64,000 nucleotides of DNA, taken from positions 960,001 through 1,024,000 of the forward strand of contig OY760505.1 of the NCBI GenBank assembly GCA_963663545.1, in the 5' to 3' direction. Positions within the stretch are counted from its first letter, which is position 1. Each line of letters opens with the position of its first letter. The notes under the pieces were generated by a model. It made no database searches, was not told where the DNA came from, and worked only from the letters and a program-made list of their open reading frames with translations. Origin of the DNA: Candidatus Delongbacteria bacterium. GTDB taxonomy: Bacteria; CAIWAD01. Both the position numbers and the translations under genes were made by a program. Below are positions 45,696 to 55,049 of the stretch, one piece after another.

Positions 45696-48212
45696 ACTTC
45701 TGACCTCTCTGCTTGAGTTACATAGATGACGGGGCTATTTCAGAAGTGTCACCAACTTGACCTGGCCGCCATCAGGAAACTCGGCCACAATGAAATAGCT
45801 GCCACTGGCTACGGTTCGTCCATTCGTATCACGCCCCTGCCAGGTGATCTGATGCTCACCGGCAGCGAATTCCTGATCAGCAAGGGTTGTGATACGGCGT
45901 CCCAACAGATTGTAAACGGCGAGCCTCACTTGTGCCCTGCGCGGGCAAGTGAAATCCAGCGTAGTACTCGGATTGAAGGGGTTGGGAACGCAATCGTGTA
46001 AAACAAACCCCGTTGGTCCGGGTGTTACATCGTGAAGATCCAATAGAATCTGTGATACATCGTAGAGCTCAATCTCATTTCCGTAACACAAACTTAGCCT
46101 ATTGTCGGACACGTCCATACTGCAGTCCTCGGGTCCGATCACCATGGACTCCAGCAACACCGGTGCTTGCGGATTGCTATTGTCAAACACACCCAGACGC
46201 TGGTACAAGTCCTCGGGCATCTGCCATTGGGCCAACTGGTAGCTCATCAGCATCCGTTCATTGCTGGCTGCCACTACGCACTGGGAACGGAATCCGTCCA
46301 TGTTCATCACGGGTTGAAACACAAGCCCTTCGTCGGGTGCACCGATCTCCGCCATCTGTAGCAATGAGTCGGTAAGACAGTAGACGCGATGATTGGCAAT
46401 GCTGACTCCGGCGGAGTTCATCTCCAGTAACTGAATCCGCTGAGGGTAGCTGGAACAATCAAAGACGGCCAGACGCCCATCCTCTGTATCACGCACAATC
46501 AGCATTTCGCCATCAGCGATCATGGAGTTGCCCTGACTCAGTCCTGTCTCGATCTCGCAGACAAGGTCCAGCTCATCGATATCGCCAGCGTGAAAGAACA
46601 TCAGGTAGCTCGGCATGCTTGCCACCAGCCACTCTCCGCAACTCGCAATACTGTTGCTGCCGATCCTGTCGTCGAAGTACTCGGCACCAAGGCTCAGATG
46701 GCTCGGGTCATGAAGGTCAACGGCCATCAGCTTGCGCGGCTGGGTACACATGAGGTAAGCGATTTCGTCGTGCAGGACCATCGACCAGCAGGAAGGCTGA
46801 AAATAGGAGGATTCCAGTTGCCAGTCGGTGGGCAAACTCAGATCCAGCATGCGCAGGCCAGTGTTTTCCAGCACCGCCAGTCGATCTCCATATCCGCGGC
46901 ATAGCCTGGCCGGGCCACAGTGGCTGAAGAAGCACTGGCGGACAAGTTCTCCAGGCTCAGGCCGCAGATAGAGGCCAGCTCCGGCTGCACCACAGGCCAA
47001 GACAAGACAATCCTCGCCAAGTGCGAAATTCCTGTCGATGTAACCCGAAACGATCTCAGCTTCGATGAAGAGTGTAAGTGGCGAGCTAAGATCGAAGATG
47101 CAGTAGCTACGACCGTTGTGCGCTGTGATAGCGTGTAGGCGATTGCCTTCCCGCTTCATCGAATAAGCGTGTGTCATGAAATCGCTTACAGTCAAAAGCC
47201 CCAGCGTCTCTTCGTCGAAAATGTAGATACCATCCCAATCCACACCCACATAGACATAGCCGTTGACAGCCTCGACGCTGCAAGAAAGCGGATAGTCGTA
47301 GGTCACGAAGCTGCTGGCAACTTGCGGATGATTCGGATCGCTCAGATCAACGAGAGTCAGATAAGGATCCAGGCTGGCGATATACAGGCGCTCACCGTGC
47401 ATCTTCACGTCCGCGCAGCCTGAAAACAAGCCCGTGTAATACAACTCGGGGTCTGGCGCTAAGGGGTTGCTGATATCGTAAATGGACAGCACGCTGTGAG
47501 TCGGTTCGGCCTCAATATCCATGCCGCACAGGGCAAGCCGCTGACCGTCAAGGGTGAAACACTCCAGCAGAAAATCCAGCTCCAGGCTCGCACCAAGTAC
47601 CGGCAGCTCCGGATTCTCCAGTGAGTAGACGTCCAATCCGCTATCCGTCTGTACTACAAGCGCCTGGCCGTTGCACTCCATCTCGCTATCACAGTCGGCT
47701 TCAATGTGCGCGACCTGATGCACATTCTGCGGATCGCTCGCATCCAGCACGCGCAATCCATCATCACGATGATTGGTGTAGATGTAGTTGCCGTTGACAC
47801 AGACGTCGGCTACGCCGCGCAGCCACAAATAGTCCAAGTCGGTCAGGTGTTCCGGTAGTTCTGCCCGGCTTTGCTTTGGCAGAATCAGCAGTGTTGCTGC
47901 CAAGGCAATGCATGCAATCCTCATCGTTTCCACCTCCGCTGATAGCTGATGCGTGTCCCGGTTTACTTGAGCAGACTCACAGCACTGACACGCATTCCAT
48001 CAGGGAACTCTGCCACAATGAAATAGCTTCCGCTGGCCACGGGTCGACTATTTGTATCACGTCCCTCCCAGGTGATACTATGCTCACCGGCAGCGAATTC
48101 CTGATCAGCAAGCGTTGTGATACAACGTCCCAACAGATTGTAAACGGCGAGTCTCACTTCTGCCGCGCGCGGACAGGTGAAGCTCAGCGTGGTACTTGGG
48201 TTGAAGGGGTTC
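43531..48212. repeat. Three-copy direct repeat of about 220 bp: 43531-43759, 45760-45988 and about 47997-48212 (CTD-coding DNA of copies 4, 5, 6)
   Basis: Shared GCCACAATGAAATAGCT, ATGCTCACCGGCAGCGAA, CGTCCCAACAGATTGTAAACGGCGAG. Confidence 0.9.
45735..47933 (-). CDS. Secreted LVIVD-repeat protein with FlgD-Ig/T9SS-A-like CTD (copy 5)
   Basis: Same architecture; CVPNPFNPSTT...VTLLK; start may be the ATG at 47924. Confidence 0.85.
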   Translation of the reverse strand: METMRIACIALAATLLILPKQSRAELPEHLTDLDYLWLRGVADVCVNGNYIYTNHRDDGLRVLDASDPQNVHQVAHIEADCDSEMECNGQALVVQTDSGLDVYSLENPELPVLGASLELDFLLECFTLDGQRLALCGMDIEAEPTHSVLSIYDISNPLAPDPELYYTGLFSGCADVKMHGERLYIASLDPYLTLVDLSDPNHPQVASSFVTYDYPLSCSVEAVNGYVYVGVDWDGIYIFDEETLGLLTVSDFMTHAYSMKREGNRLHAITAHNGRSYCIFDLSSPLTLFIEAEIVSGYIDRNFALGEDCLVLACGAAGAGLYLRPEPGELVRQCFFSHCGPARLCRGYGDRLAVLENTGLRMLDLSLPTDWQLESSYFQPSCWSMVLHDEIAYLMCTQPRKLMAVDLHDPSHLSLGAEYFDDRIGSNSIASCGEWLVASMPSYLMFFHAGDIDELDLVCEIETGLSQGNSMIADGEMLIVRDTEDGRLAVFDCSSYPQRIQLLEMNSAGVSIANHRVYCLTDSLLQMAEIGAPDEGLVFQPVMNMDGFRSQCVVAASNERMLMSYQLAQWQMPEDLYQRLGVFDNSNPQAPVLLESMVIGPEDCSMDVSDNRLSLCYGNEIELYDVSQILLDLHDVTPGPTGFVLHDCVPNPFNPSTTLDFTCPRRAQVRLAVYNLLGRRITTLADQEFAAGEHQITWQGRDTNGRTVASGSYFIVAEFPDGGQVKLVTLLK

Positions 48213-50143
48213 GGCGCACATCCCAGCAGGGCGAATCCTTCCGGACCGGGAGCGGGAGTTGCTACTGACACCTCGATCTGTGTCACATCGTAGAGACACA
48301 GGTCCTGGACGTTGGCCATGACCAGCAGATCCTCGTCTAGCGAGAACTCTTGCACCTGCCCCTCCGTTGCCCCTTCGGCCAACAATACGGGCTGCAGCGG
48401 ATTGGTGTTGTCGTAGACGCGGATGTGTGACATGGATGTTGAGCCATCCTGAATGCTCGTAACGAAGAGCAGGTTATCCTGCCCCTTGATGTCAGTCAAG
48501 TATTCGCTCACGCCGGGTAGCTCGATCTCGTGTATCACCGGCTGTTCGGGTAGCGTGGACAGATCATGCAGGCGCAAGTAGTCGTAGTCCCAGGTGTAAA
48601 GAAGATCGCCGACGACTCGCAGCTGATAAGAATACTCTGAATCGAAGCTCGTCAACGGCAGTATTTCGCCCGCGTGTTTCACCAGCACGTCGTACTGATC
48701 GGAGCCTTGATTGGAGTGGATCAAGTAGTCACCATATGCGGCGAAATGCTGATAATAGCTGGTACAAGCCAGATTGGGCAGCGGAGTGATCTGTGCCGGA
48801 TCACTGACATCGATGAAATGTATCACGTGACGGTCGCTGATTACGACGGTGCCGCCCCACATGGTCAACTCGTTGTGCGGAAGTTGATCGGAAACGCCGA
48901 TGCTGATGATCGAGGGCGCAGTTGGATCGCTCAAGTCAACGGTAATCAGGTTGTCGGAAGTATAGGTCTTCACCACCGCAACGTCCGTGGTCAGCATCTC
49001 GATATCGTAGGCGCGGTCGAGTTCCAGGAAACCCGCCAGAACAGGCGCCGTGGGATCGCTGATGTCGATGGTGCGCAATCCCAGGTACTCGAGGGTGATC
49101 GCGTAATCGCCCACTCTGGCCACATCGCAAATCTCGCCGGAATAGTTCACCCAGCCGATCTCGTGCAGGTCGTCTGGATTGCTCAACTCTGTGATACGCA
49201 GTCCTCCGTTGAAGCAGGCGCAATAGGCCTTGTCGCCCTTGACCACGAAGTTCTCCATGTCAATGACGGGTTCGTAGATGCCACGCGCCACTGGCTGCAG
49301 GGGATCGCTCAGATCAATGGCTACCAACGGGCAGTCAATCTCGCCGTAGCTCATGTAAGCCATATCGCCGCTCACATGGATTTGAAAGGCGCAGGTGAAT
49401 TCCGTCAGCGAAGCCACAGACTGCATGGTCTGCAAGTCGATGAGCTGAAAACCGCTCATGCCCGCTGCCAGCACGGCGTAGTCGCCGAAGGCATCGATAC
49501 CGAAGGACCAGTTGGTGTGCTCGTCATAATAGGGTTCGGAGACGATCGGGTTGTCGAGATCGCTGATATCCACCCAGACCATGCCGGGCACAGCGTCAGC
49601 GACCAGAATGCGATTCTCCTGCAGACGAATGTCCGAGCACCCCTCCACCAAATCCTCGTAGCGCGCCAACTCAACGGGCTCTTCTGGAGCACTGAGGTCA
49701 AGCAGTACGAGTGTGGTGTGAAACTCGGGATAGTTGCCGCTACGACCATAGAAGACAGCGCGCTGGCCGTCCAAATCCATTTGGCTGCAGTAGTCCACAG
49801 GAGCCAGTGTAGAAATCAGTTCCAGCCCAGGCTCGTCGGTAATGTGATACAGGCCAATGCCTTCGCTGTTCATGGCCAGCATCAGATCCCCGACCACGCG
49901 CATCTCGCCGAAATACTCGTTTTCGTATTCGGCAACAATGACGGGATGGGCGGCATCACTGACATCCGCGATGCTCACGCCTTCGCGGCCCCGTGCAAGA
50001 AAGGCGTACTGGCCGCTTTGGGCAACATCCCAGACGCCGTTGACCCAATTGTAATCGAAGTGGCAGAGGGGCTCAAGCTGCTGCTGCGCCTGTGATAGCG
50101 CGGGCAGGCAGAGCAAAAGAAGAAAAGGGAGAGTACGGTACAT
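47963..50143 (-). CDS. Secreted LVIVD-repeat protein with FlgD-Ig/T9SS-A-like CTD (copy 6, first transcribed)
   Basis: GGAGG RBS before ATG at 50143; signal peptide; DISDPTAP repeats; CAPNPFNPSTT...VSLLK. Confidence 0.85.
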   Translation of the reverse strand: MYRTLPFLLLLCLPALSQAQQQLEPLCHFDYNWVNGVWDVAQSGQYAFLARGREGVSIADVSDAAHPVIVAEYENEYFGEMRVVGDLMLAMNSEGIGLYHITDEPGLELISTLAPVDYCSQMDLDGQRAVFYGRSGNYPEFHTTLVLLDLSAPEEPVELARYEDLVEGCSDIRLQENRILVADAVPGMVWVDISDLDNPIVSEPYYDEHTNWSFGIDAFGDYAVLAAGMSGFQLIDLQTMQSVASLTEFTCAFQIHVSGDMAYMSYGEIDCPLVAIDLSDPLQPVARGIYEPVIDMENFVVKGDKAYCACFNGGLRITELSNPDDLHEIGWVNYSGEICDVARVGDYAITLEYLGLRTIDISDPTAPVLAGFLELDRAYDIEMLTTDVAVVKTYTSDNLITVDLSDPTAPSIISIGVSDQLPHNELTMWGGTVVISDRHVIHFIDVSDPAQITPLPNLACTSYYQHFAAYGDYLIHSNQGSDQYDVLVKHAGEILPLTSFDSEYSYQLRVVGDLLYTWDYDYLRLHDLSTLPEQPVIHEIELPGVSEYLTDIKGQDNLLFVTSIQDGSTSMSHIRVYDNTNPLQPVLLAEGATEGQVQEFSLDEDLLVMANVQDLCLYDVTQIEVSVATPAPGPEGFALLGCAPNPFNPSTTLSFTCPRAAEVRLAVYNLLGRCITTLADQEFAAGEHSITWEGRDTNSRPVASGSYFIVAEFPDGMRVSAVSLLK

Positions 50144-50189
50144 GGCTTCCTCCAAGCGCGATTGAAGGGGAGAACTTCATTCGCATTCC

Positions 50190-50320
50190 TTTTGACCGGT
50201 GTCCGTCCGGCCTTCGGGGACCTAATGCCCGCTTGGTTGCTGTAGCGTCCGGCGTTCCGGAAGAAGGAAGCAGTGTCAGAAGTGAATTCGCGTAGCACCC
50301 ACAGAGTGGCACCGGTCAGC
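50190..50320. ncRNA. Candidate structured RNA, unassigned
   Basis: 11-bp closing stem (50193-50203 with 50308-50318), cUUCGg hairpin and an inner GGTTGCTGTAGCG/CGCGTAGCACC helix. Confidence 0.3.
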
Positions 50321-50508
50321 AAAAAAGCTGGTGCTGCAGAATGCTGTGCTTCTCAGTTCCAAAGCACTACCTCGAGTTGAGACGGTATCGGGTTCGGGAG
50401 ATCTCAATCTCGTGGTCCAGGCTCATGCCAGGCTTATCATACGGTAATTAGCGACAAGCCAAAGGAATTGACTCGGCCATGATATCAGCCCGTACACTTT
50501 ATCGCAAG

Positions 50509-50535
50509 AGATTTCTTTCAACGGTGAAAGAATCT
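50509..50535 (-). terminator. AT-rich hairpin directly after the hemW stop (terminator or operator)
   Basis: AGATTTCTTTCA-ACGG-TGAAAGAATCT near-perfect inverted repeat; no clear U tract. Confidence 0.4.
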
Positions 50536-50538
50536 GTG

Positions 50539-51750
50539 TTATCTGAGTAGTGTAGTTGTGATTTCGTCCAGCAGCAGCCAGCCCTCGGGACGAAGACAAA
50601 AATCAGGCTGCGGTAAAGGCGGTCGTAGTCCCAACTCAGCAAGCATCGATGTTGCCTGAATCGGGCTCAGCAAATGAGTGGGCTGCATCAACCGCCTTGC
50701 CGCCTCTCGCAGGTGCGAGATGCGTTCCTGACCGAAGACAGCTTCCAGCGCCTTCCATTCCAGCCCCCCCAGCCAGCGCAGTGACACAAAGACTTGTTCA
50801 AGCAAGCGCTGTTCAAGGTCGAGAGTCTCCTTCTCTACTTCTGGTGCCACCCCCTGCTCCACACGATCACAGAAGGACATCCAATCGGGTCGCGTCAGCG
50901 TGCGTACATCACCACTCCAATCCGAACTGGCTCCTGCACCAATACCCAGCCAGGGAGCGCCGCGCCAATAGAGGCTGTTGTGTTGTGATACACAGCCTGG
51001 ACGACAGAAGTTGGAGACCTCGTAATGCAGATAGCCTGCCGCCTGAAGTCGTTGTGACACATGCAGGAAGTGCGCAGCCGCTTCTTCTGCCGAAAGGGGC
51101 TGCAAATCGCCGCGTATCACTTTTTCCGCCAGTGGCGTCCCTTCCTCAATTCCCAGCCCATAGACGCTAAGATGCTCAGGCTGATACGCAAGCAAAGCCT
51201 CAATATCCTGGTCAAGTTGCCCAAGGCTTTGCCCGGGAAGCTGCGTAATGAGATCGAGGGAAAGCTCAAGCGGTCGTGCCCTGCGCAGGGTTTGTAGTAC
51301 GCGCTTCAAGTCTGTATCACGGCGCCGGTCCAACACCTTCAGAAAGCAGGGTTGCACGCTCTGCACTCCAAGACTGCAACGCAAACGAACGTGGCCGGGA
51401 ATACTGCGCACGATCCGCGCATCGGCCGATTCCGGATTCATTTCGAGGGTGACTTCACATCCGTCACAAAGGCGTCCGGCCAAAGGCCCCTGCTGTGCAA
51501 AGAGCTCATCAAAAAACTCATGCGGCATGATGCTTGGAGTGCCGCCTCCCAGATAGAGGCTGCTGAAGAGTGTATCACGACAGTCCTGCTGTCCAAGGCG
51601 TCTACCAAGCTCGCGCAGCAGTGCCCGTCCGTATCGATCACGTTGCGCCTCGGTAGCGGTGGTAGAGTAAAAATCGCAGTAGCCACACTTCCTGCTGCAG
51701 AAGGGCAGGTGCAGGTAGAGACCGGCCTCCCCGGATGCCCGGGGCTGCAT
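50539..51750 (-). CDS. hemW: Radical SAM heme chaperone HemW (HemN-like)
   Basis: YLHLPFCSRKCGYCDF, YLGGGTPS, YEVSNF, HNSLYW signature. Confidence 0.85.
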   Translation of the reverse strand: MQPRASGEAGLYLHLPFCSRKCGYCDFYSTTATEAQRDRYGRALLRELGRRLGQQDCRDTLFSSLYLGGGTPSIMPHEFFDELFAQQGPLAGRLCDGCEVTLEMNPESADARIVRSIPGHVRLRCSLGVQSVQPCFLKVLDRRRDTDLKRVLQTLRRARPLELSLDLITQLPGQSLGQLDQDIEALLAYQPEHLSVYGLGIEEGTPLAEKVIRGDLQPLSAEEAAAHFLHVSQRLQAAGYLHYEVSNFCRPGCVSQHNSLYWRGAPWLGIGAGASSDWSGDVRTLTRPDWMSFCDRVEQGVAPEVEKETLDLEQRLLEQVFVSLRWLGGLEWKALEAVFGQERISHLREAARRLMQPTHLLSPIQATSMLAELGLRPPLPQPDFCLRPEGWLLLDEITTTLLR

Positions 51751-52685
51751 CAGTCGAGGTCCAGATCGTAGCCGACAGCGCCCACCACGCGAATGGCGCC
51801 TTCAGGGCAGCGCGAGAGACACAGGCCACAACCGACACAGCGCAAAGGATCGATGCGCACCTTGCTGTGACCCACGGGCGTAGCCGCTGGAGTTCCATCG
51901 GGAATGATGCAGCCCTCTGCGGGACACGCTGGCAGACACAGTCCGCAACCCGTGCAGAACTCGTTGACGGTAAACTGCGGACGGTGCGAGATGCGATCGC
52001 GAAACACGCCTGCGGGACACAGGGCGCGCAAGGGCAGTAGATTGTCGGAGCGTGTGTAATCGATGACACGCCGGCGTCCATCTGCGCGGACAATGCCGGG
52101 TGTAAGAAAGCGATCGCCAAGACACTGGTGCGTATCACGACAGCCCACTTCACAGATCGAGCGGCGCAGAGTAGGTTCGTCGGCAGAAGCACACGCCATG
52201 TAGATCTGTGCGTCTGCGGGTATGAGCGAGAGGACCTGACGCGGACAAACCGTGATACAATGTCCACATCCAGTGCAGGCTTGTGTGTCAATACGCGGAT
52301 TTCCGCCAGCAAGGGAAATGGCCTCTTCCGGACAGGCTACGACGCAATCGCCAGCTCCCAGACAGGCCCAGGCGCAGGCGCGCTCGCCACCATACTGCAG
52401 CTGCAAATCGAGGCATGTATCACGGCGTGTGGCGGTAAAATGCCTCCTGCTCTGCCCGTGACCAGCAGCGCAATTGGCAACAGCGACAGCGCGATCGCCA
52501 TAGCTTTCATGCGTGGTACCCAGACTGCTGTAGGCAACACGGCTGCGAATGCGCAGCGCGGGATAACTGCTGCTGGGCAATTCACGCTGCCAGGCCGCGG
52601 CGGGTCTGGTATCAGGGAGACGATAGCGCATTTGCAACAGCCAGATGATACCGGCCAGAGCAAGCAGCAGAATCAAATCACTCAT
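51750..52685 (-). CDS. RnfB-like polyferredoxin membrane subunit, divergent
   Basis: N-terminal TM; GGERACAWACLGAGDCVVACP; CTGCGHCITVCP; CTGCGLCLPACP; CVGCGLCLSRCP; ATG at 52685 overlaps the upstream stop. Confidence 0.75.
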   Translation of the reverse strand: MSDLILLLALAGIIWLLQMRYRLPDTRPAAAWQRELPSSSYPALRIRSRVAYSSLGTTHESYGDRAVAVANCAAGHGQSRRHFTATRRDTCLDLQLQYGGERACAWACLGAGDCVVACPEEAISLAGGNPRIDTQACTGCGHCITVCPRQVLSLIPADAQIYMACASADEPTLRRSICEVGCRDTHQCLGDRFLTPGIVRADGRRRVIDYTRSDNLLPLRALCPAGVFRDRISHRPQFTVNEFCTGCGLCLPACPAEGCIIPDGTPAATPVGHSKVRIDPLRCVGCGLCLSRCPEGAIRVVGAVGYDLDLD

Positions 52686-53257
52686 GGCAGTCCTCTGTGC
52701 AGAAGAGCGGTGGCGCCCAGGGTAAGCACCAACCACAACAACAACATCGCCAGGCGGAAAGGCAAGCCTTCCATGGATCCCGGCACACGGTTGTTGCTGT
52801 ATTTCTCGCCAGCACCAGTAAGCAGCATAACGGATAGAAACAGCAGAAGACCACCCGCCGCTCCGGCCGCCAACGGATCGAGCACAGAACCCAAGGAGCA
52901 GGGGACGAAAGCACGCCAAAACCAGGGAAGAAAGAGCAGACCGGGGATCGTCGCGCTTAACTCAATCAATTCACGATCGCGACCGCGAGCCAGACGGTTA
53001 AGGGCCACCAGCCCCAACAGACCGGCCAGGAGTGCTGCGGCAAGCTGAACACCTCGCGTCCAGCCCAGTGCGGAAGCGTGAGGCATCAGGCCAAGCAACC
53101 CACCGCCAGCTCCAACGGCAAGGCCAAGCGCTGGCAGCCAGAACCAAGTGCGGCGGAACTGGCCAAACTCCAGCCTGCGCAATAGCAGCGGTCCGGCAAA
53201 GGCTCCCAGCAGCAACAGCAACAAGGGATGCCCGGAAAAACTGCCGCCAAAACTCAT
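52682..53257 (-). CDS. RnfA-like membrane protein, highly divergent
   Basis: 191 aa, about 6 TM; C-terminal EK...VPGSMEGLP resembles the RnfA ER...VP...G.P segment; lies directly before the rnfB-like gene. Confidence 0.55.
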   Translation of the reverse strand: MSFGGSFSGHPLLLLLLGAFAGPLLLRRLEFGQFRRTWFWLPALGLAVGAGGGLLGLMPHASALGWTRGVQLAAALLAGLLGLVALNRLARGRDRELIELSATIPGLLFLPWFWRAFVPCSLGSVLDPLAAGAAGGLLLFLSVMLLTGAGEKYSNNRVPGSMEGLPFRLAMLLLWLVLTLGATALLHRGLP

Positions 53258-53976
53258 GCGACACCTCCCGCGCCTTCGCCATTACGAGTGCGCTGACGAC
53301 GCCGTATCACGAGCTGGAACACACCGACACTTAGCAACATAATCACCAGCCGTATCACACCGGCCTCGCAAAGCACGGCCACTCCTCGAGGAAGCCAAAT
53401 CTGATCCAGCACCGTAGTCTCTAGCGCCGACAGTGCGAACAGGCCAAGAAGCGGCAAAGGCAGCAGAAAGGCCGCCTGCACACCCCAGCGGCGCGCAATG
53501 GCCTTGCTCATGCGTGCACGCCCCATGAGGAAGAAAAGCACAGAAAGGTGCGTGATGAGTACAAAGCTCAAATCCATCAGTGGCAAGGAATGGCCGAGAG
53601 TGGCGGCCGCCAGTCCGCGGTCCAGCAGATCCAACTCCAGCGGAACAGCGGTCAGCAGACAGAGCAGGCTTACCAGACCGCTCAAACTATTCAGTCTGAA
53701 ACGATTGCCCGGTGTGCAAAAGACCAGCGCATTCAACGGCAGCAAGAGCAAGACGACGAGCCAGTTTACCGCGTCCGGCTTCAGCAATAGGGCGGGGCCC
53801 AGTGCCGCTGCATAAACAGCGGCCTCAAGCGGACTCACCGTGCGCAGCTGAAAGGGACGTTCTCCGGTAAGTGGGTTGACGCCCGGACGCCAGATGATCT
53901 CGCGTTCACGGCTGTGTCCCGCCTGTTTCAAGGTTTCACTTCCACCCAGGCCGATGGTTTTGCCACGGGAATTCAT
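53254..53976 (-). CDS. Polytopic membrane protein in the rnfE position
   Basis: About 5-6 hydrophobic segments; translationally coupled to both neighbours; no clear RnfE motif. Confidence 0.5.
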   Translation of the reverse strand: MNSRGKTIGLGGSETLKQAGHSREREIIWRPGVNPLTGERPFQLRTVSPLEAAVYAAALGPALLLKPDAVNWLVVLLLLPLNALVFCTPGNRFRLNSLSGLVSLLCLLTAVPLELDLLDRGLAAATLGHSLPLMDLSFVLITHLSVLFFLMGRARMSKAIARRWGVQAAFLLPLPLLGLFALSALETTVLDQIWLPRGVAVLCEAGVIRLVIMLLSVGVFQLVIRRRQRTRNGEGAGGVA

Positions 53977-55049
53977 CGCGGTCCTCCGGGCTGAGTACAA
54001 CGGTCCATCCAGGGTGTCAGCAGGTTGACCAATAGCAGCGCCAGCAGCGGGGCCACTTCCTGATCGGAATACAAAAGGGAGGGCAACAGGAAAAGGCCCA
54101 ACAACAGCGAATAAATTAATTTGCCGCGCTGGCTCAGGGGCGAGGTAACCGGATCAGCCGCGAGGAAGAAAATCAGCATCAACAACAGTGTGCCGCGCAG
54201 AGAAAGGACGGCCCAGAACCAGGTGCTGAGATTCGTTTGCAGCGTAACCACACCCCCCAGCAACAGAAGGCCCAGAGCCGGTAGCGGAATGCGCCAGTCG
54301 AGGACGCGATTCGCGCTCAGCCAGAACATGCCCGGCAGGAGCAGGACCAAGGAAGTGCAGCCCAGCAGTCCGGCGTGGGAAGGCCAGACCAGCTCCAGCG
54401 GTGTCCATGTCTGAAGCAGATCCTGCGCGTAATGCATGACGCTGAGCACATCCCCGCCCGGCCATCCAGCGGGCAGGTCGATGGGCAACTGGCCGCGCAG
54501 CGTCTGCTCAAGAATGCCAGCACAATGTCCGGCTACTTCGAGCGGCGTTTGTAGTACGCGCATGGCCGCTGTGGGCCAGGTAAAGAAACCGCCCTCACGC
54601 CACCAGAACGGCGCCAGACGTGCCGCGGCGAGCTGTGGGGCCAGGGCAAGGGAAATCAATAGACGGACGGTGACAGCCGGATTCAGTGGATTGCGGCCGA
54701 TGCCGCCAAAGAGCTCGCGACTGAGCAGAAAGCCGATGAAGGCCGAGCCTAGCGCCCACCAGGGTGACAGCCCGGGAGGCAACAAAAGCGCAAGGATCAA
54801 TCCCGAAAGCAGGGCGCTACCATCGAGCACACGCTGGCGGTTTCCCAATAGAGCTTTCAGAAAGAATTCAGCTAGAATACTTCCCGTGATACACGCCATA
54901 AGAAGCAGAAGCGCGGGTAATCCATACACCACAACGCCCCCAAGAGCCGGCAGCGCCAGCAAGAGGTTGACGCGCAGCATGATCTGTGGCAGGCTTAGTC
55001 CGTAGCGCAGAATGGGCGTTGGCGCAAGGACAAGGGTCTCAGTTCGCAT
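53973..55049 (-). CDS. rnfD: RnfD-like membrane subunit
   Basis: DGSALLSGLILALLLPP, FGGIGRNPLNPA, QTPL, ADPVTSP. Confidence 0.8.
   Translation of the reverse strand: MRTETLVLAPTPILRYGLSLPQIMLRVNLLLALPALGGVVVYGLPALLLLMACITGSILAEFFLKALLGNRQRVLDGSALLSGLILALLLPPGLSPWWALGSAFIGFLLSRELFGGIGRNPLNPAVTVRLLISLALAPQLAAARLAPFWWREGGFFTWPTAAMRVLQTPLEVAGHCAGILEQTLRGQLPIDLPAGWPGGDVLSVMHYAQDLLQTWTPLELVWPSHAGLLGCTSLVLLLPGMFWLSANRVLDWRIPLPALGLLLLGGVVTLQTNLSTWFWAVLSLRGTLLLMLIFFLAADPVTSPLSQRGKLIYSLLLGLFLLPSLLYSDQEVAPLLALLLVNLLTPWMDRCTQPGGPR

Noticed and set aside
36817..50143. Diversity-generating retroelement or shufflon explanation for the array repeats
   Set aside because: No reverse transcriptase or recombinase in the window, differences are not adenine-specific, and all repeats are direct and inside intact genes
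50240..50280. SRP (4.5S) RNA call from CCGGAAGAAGGAAGCAG
   Set aside because: Lacks the CAGG strand and GNRA tetraloop geometry of helix 8; kept only as an unassigned structured candidate
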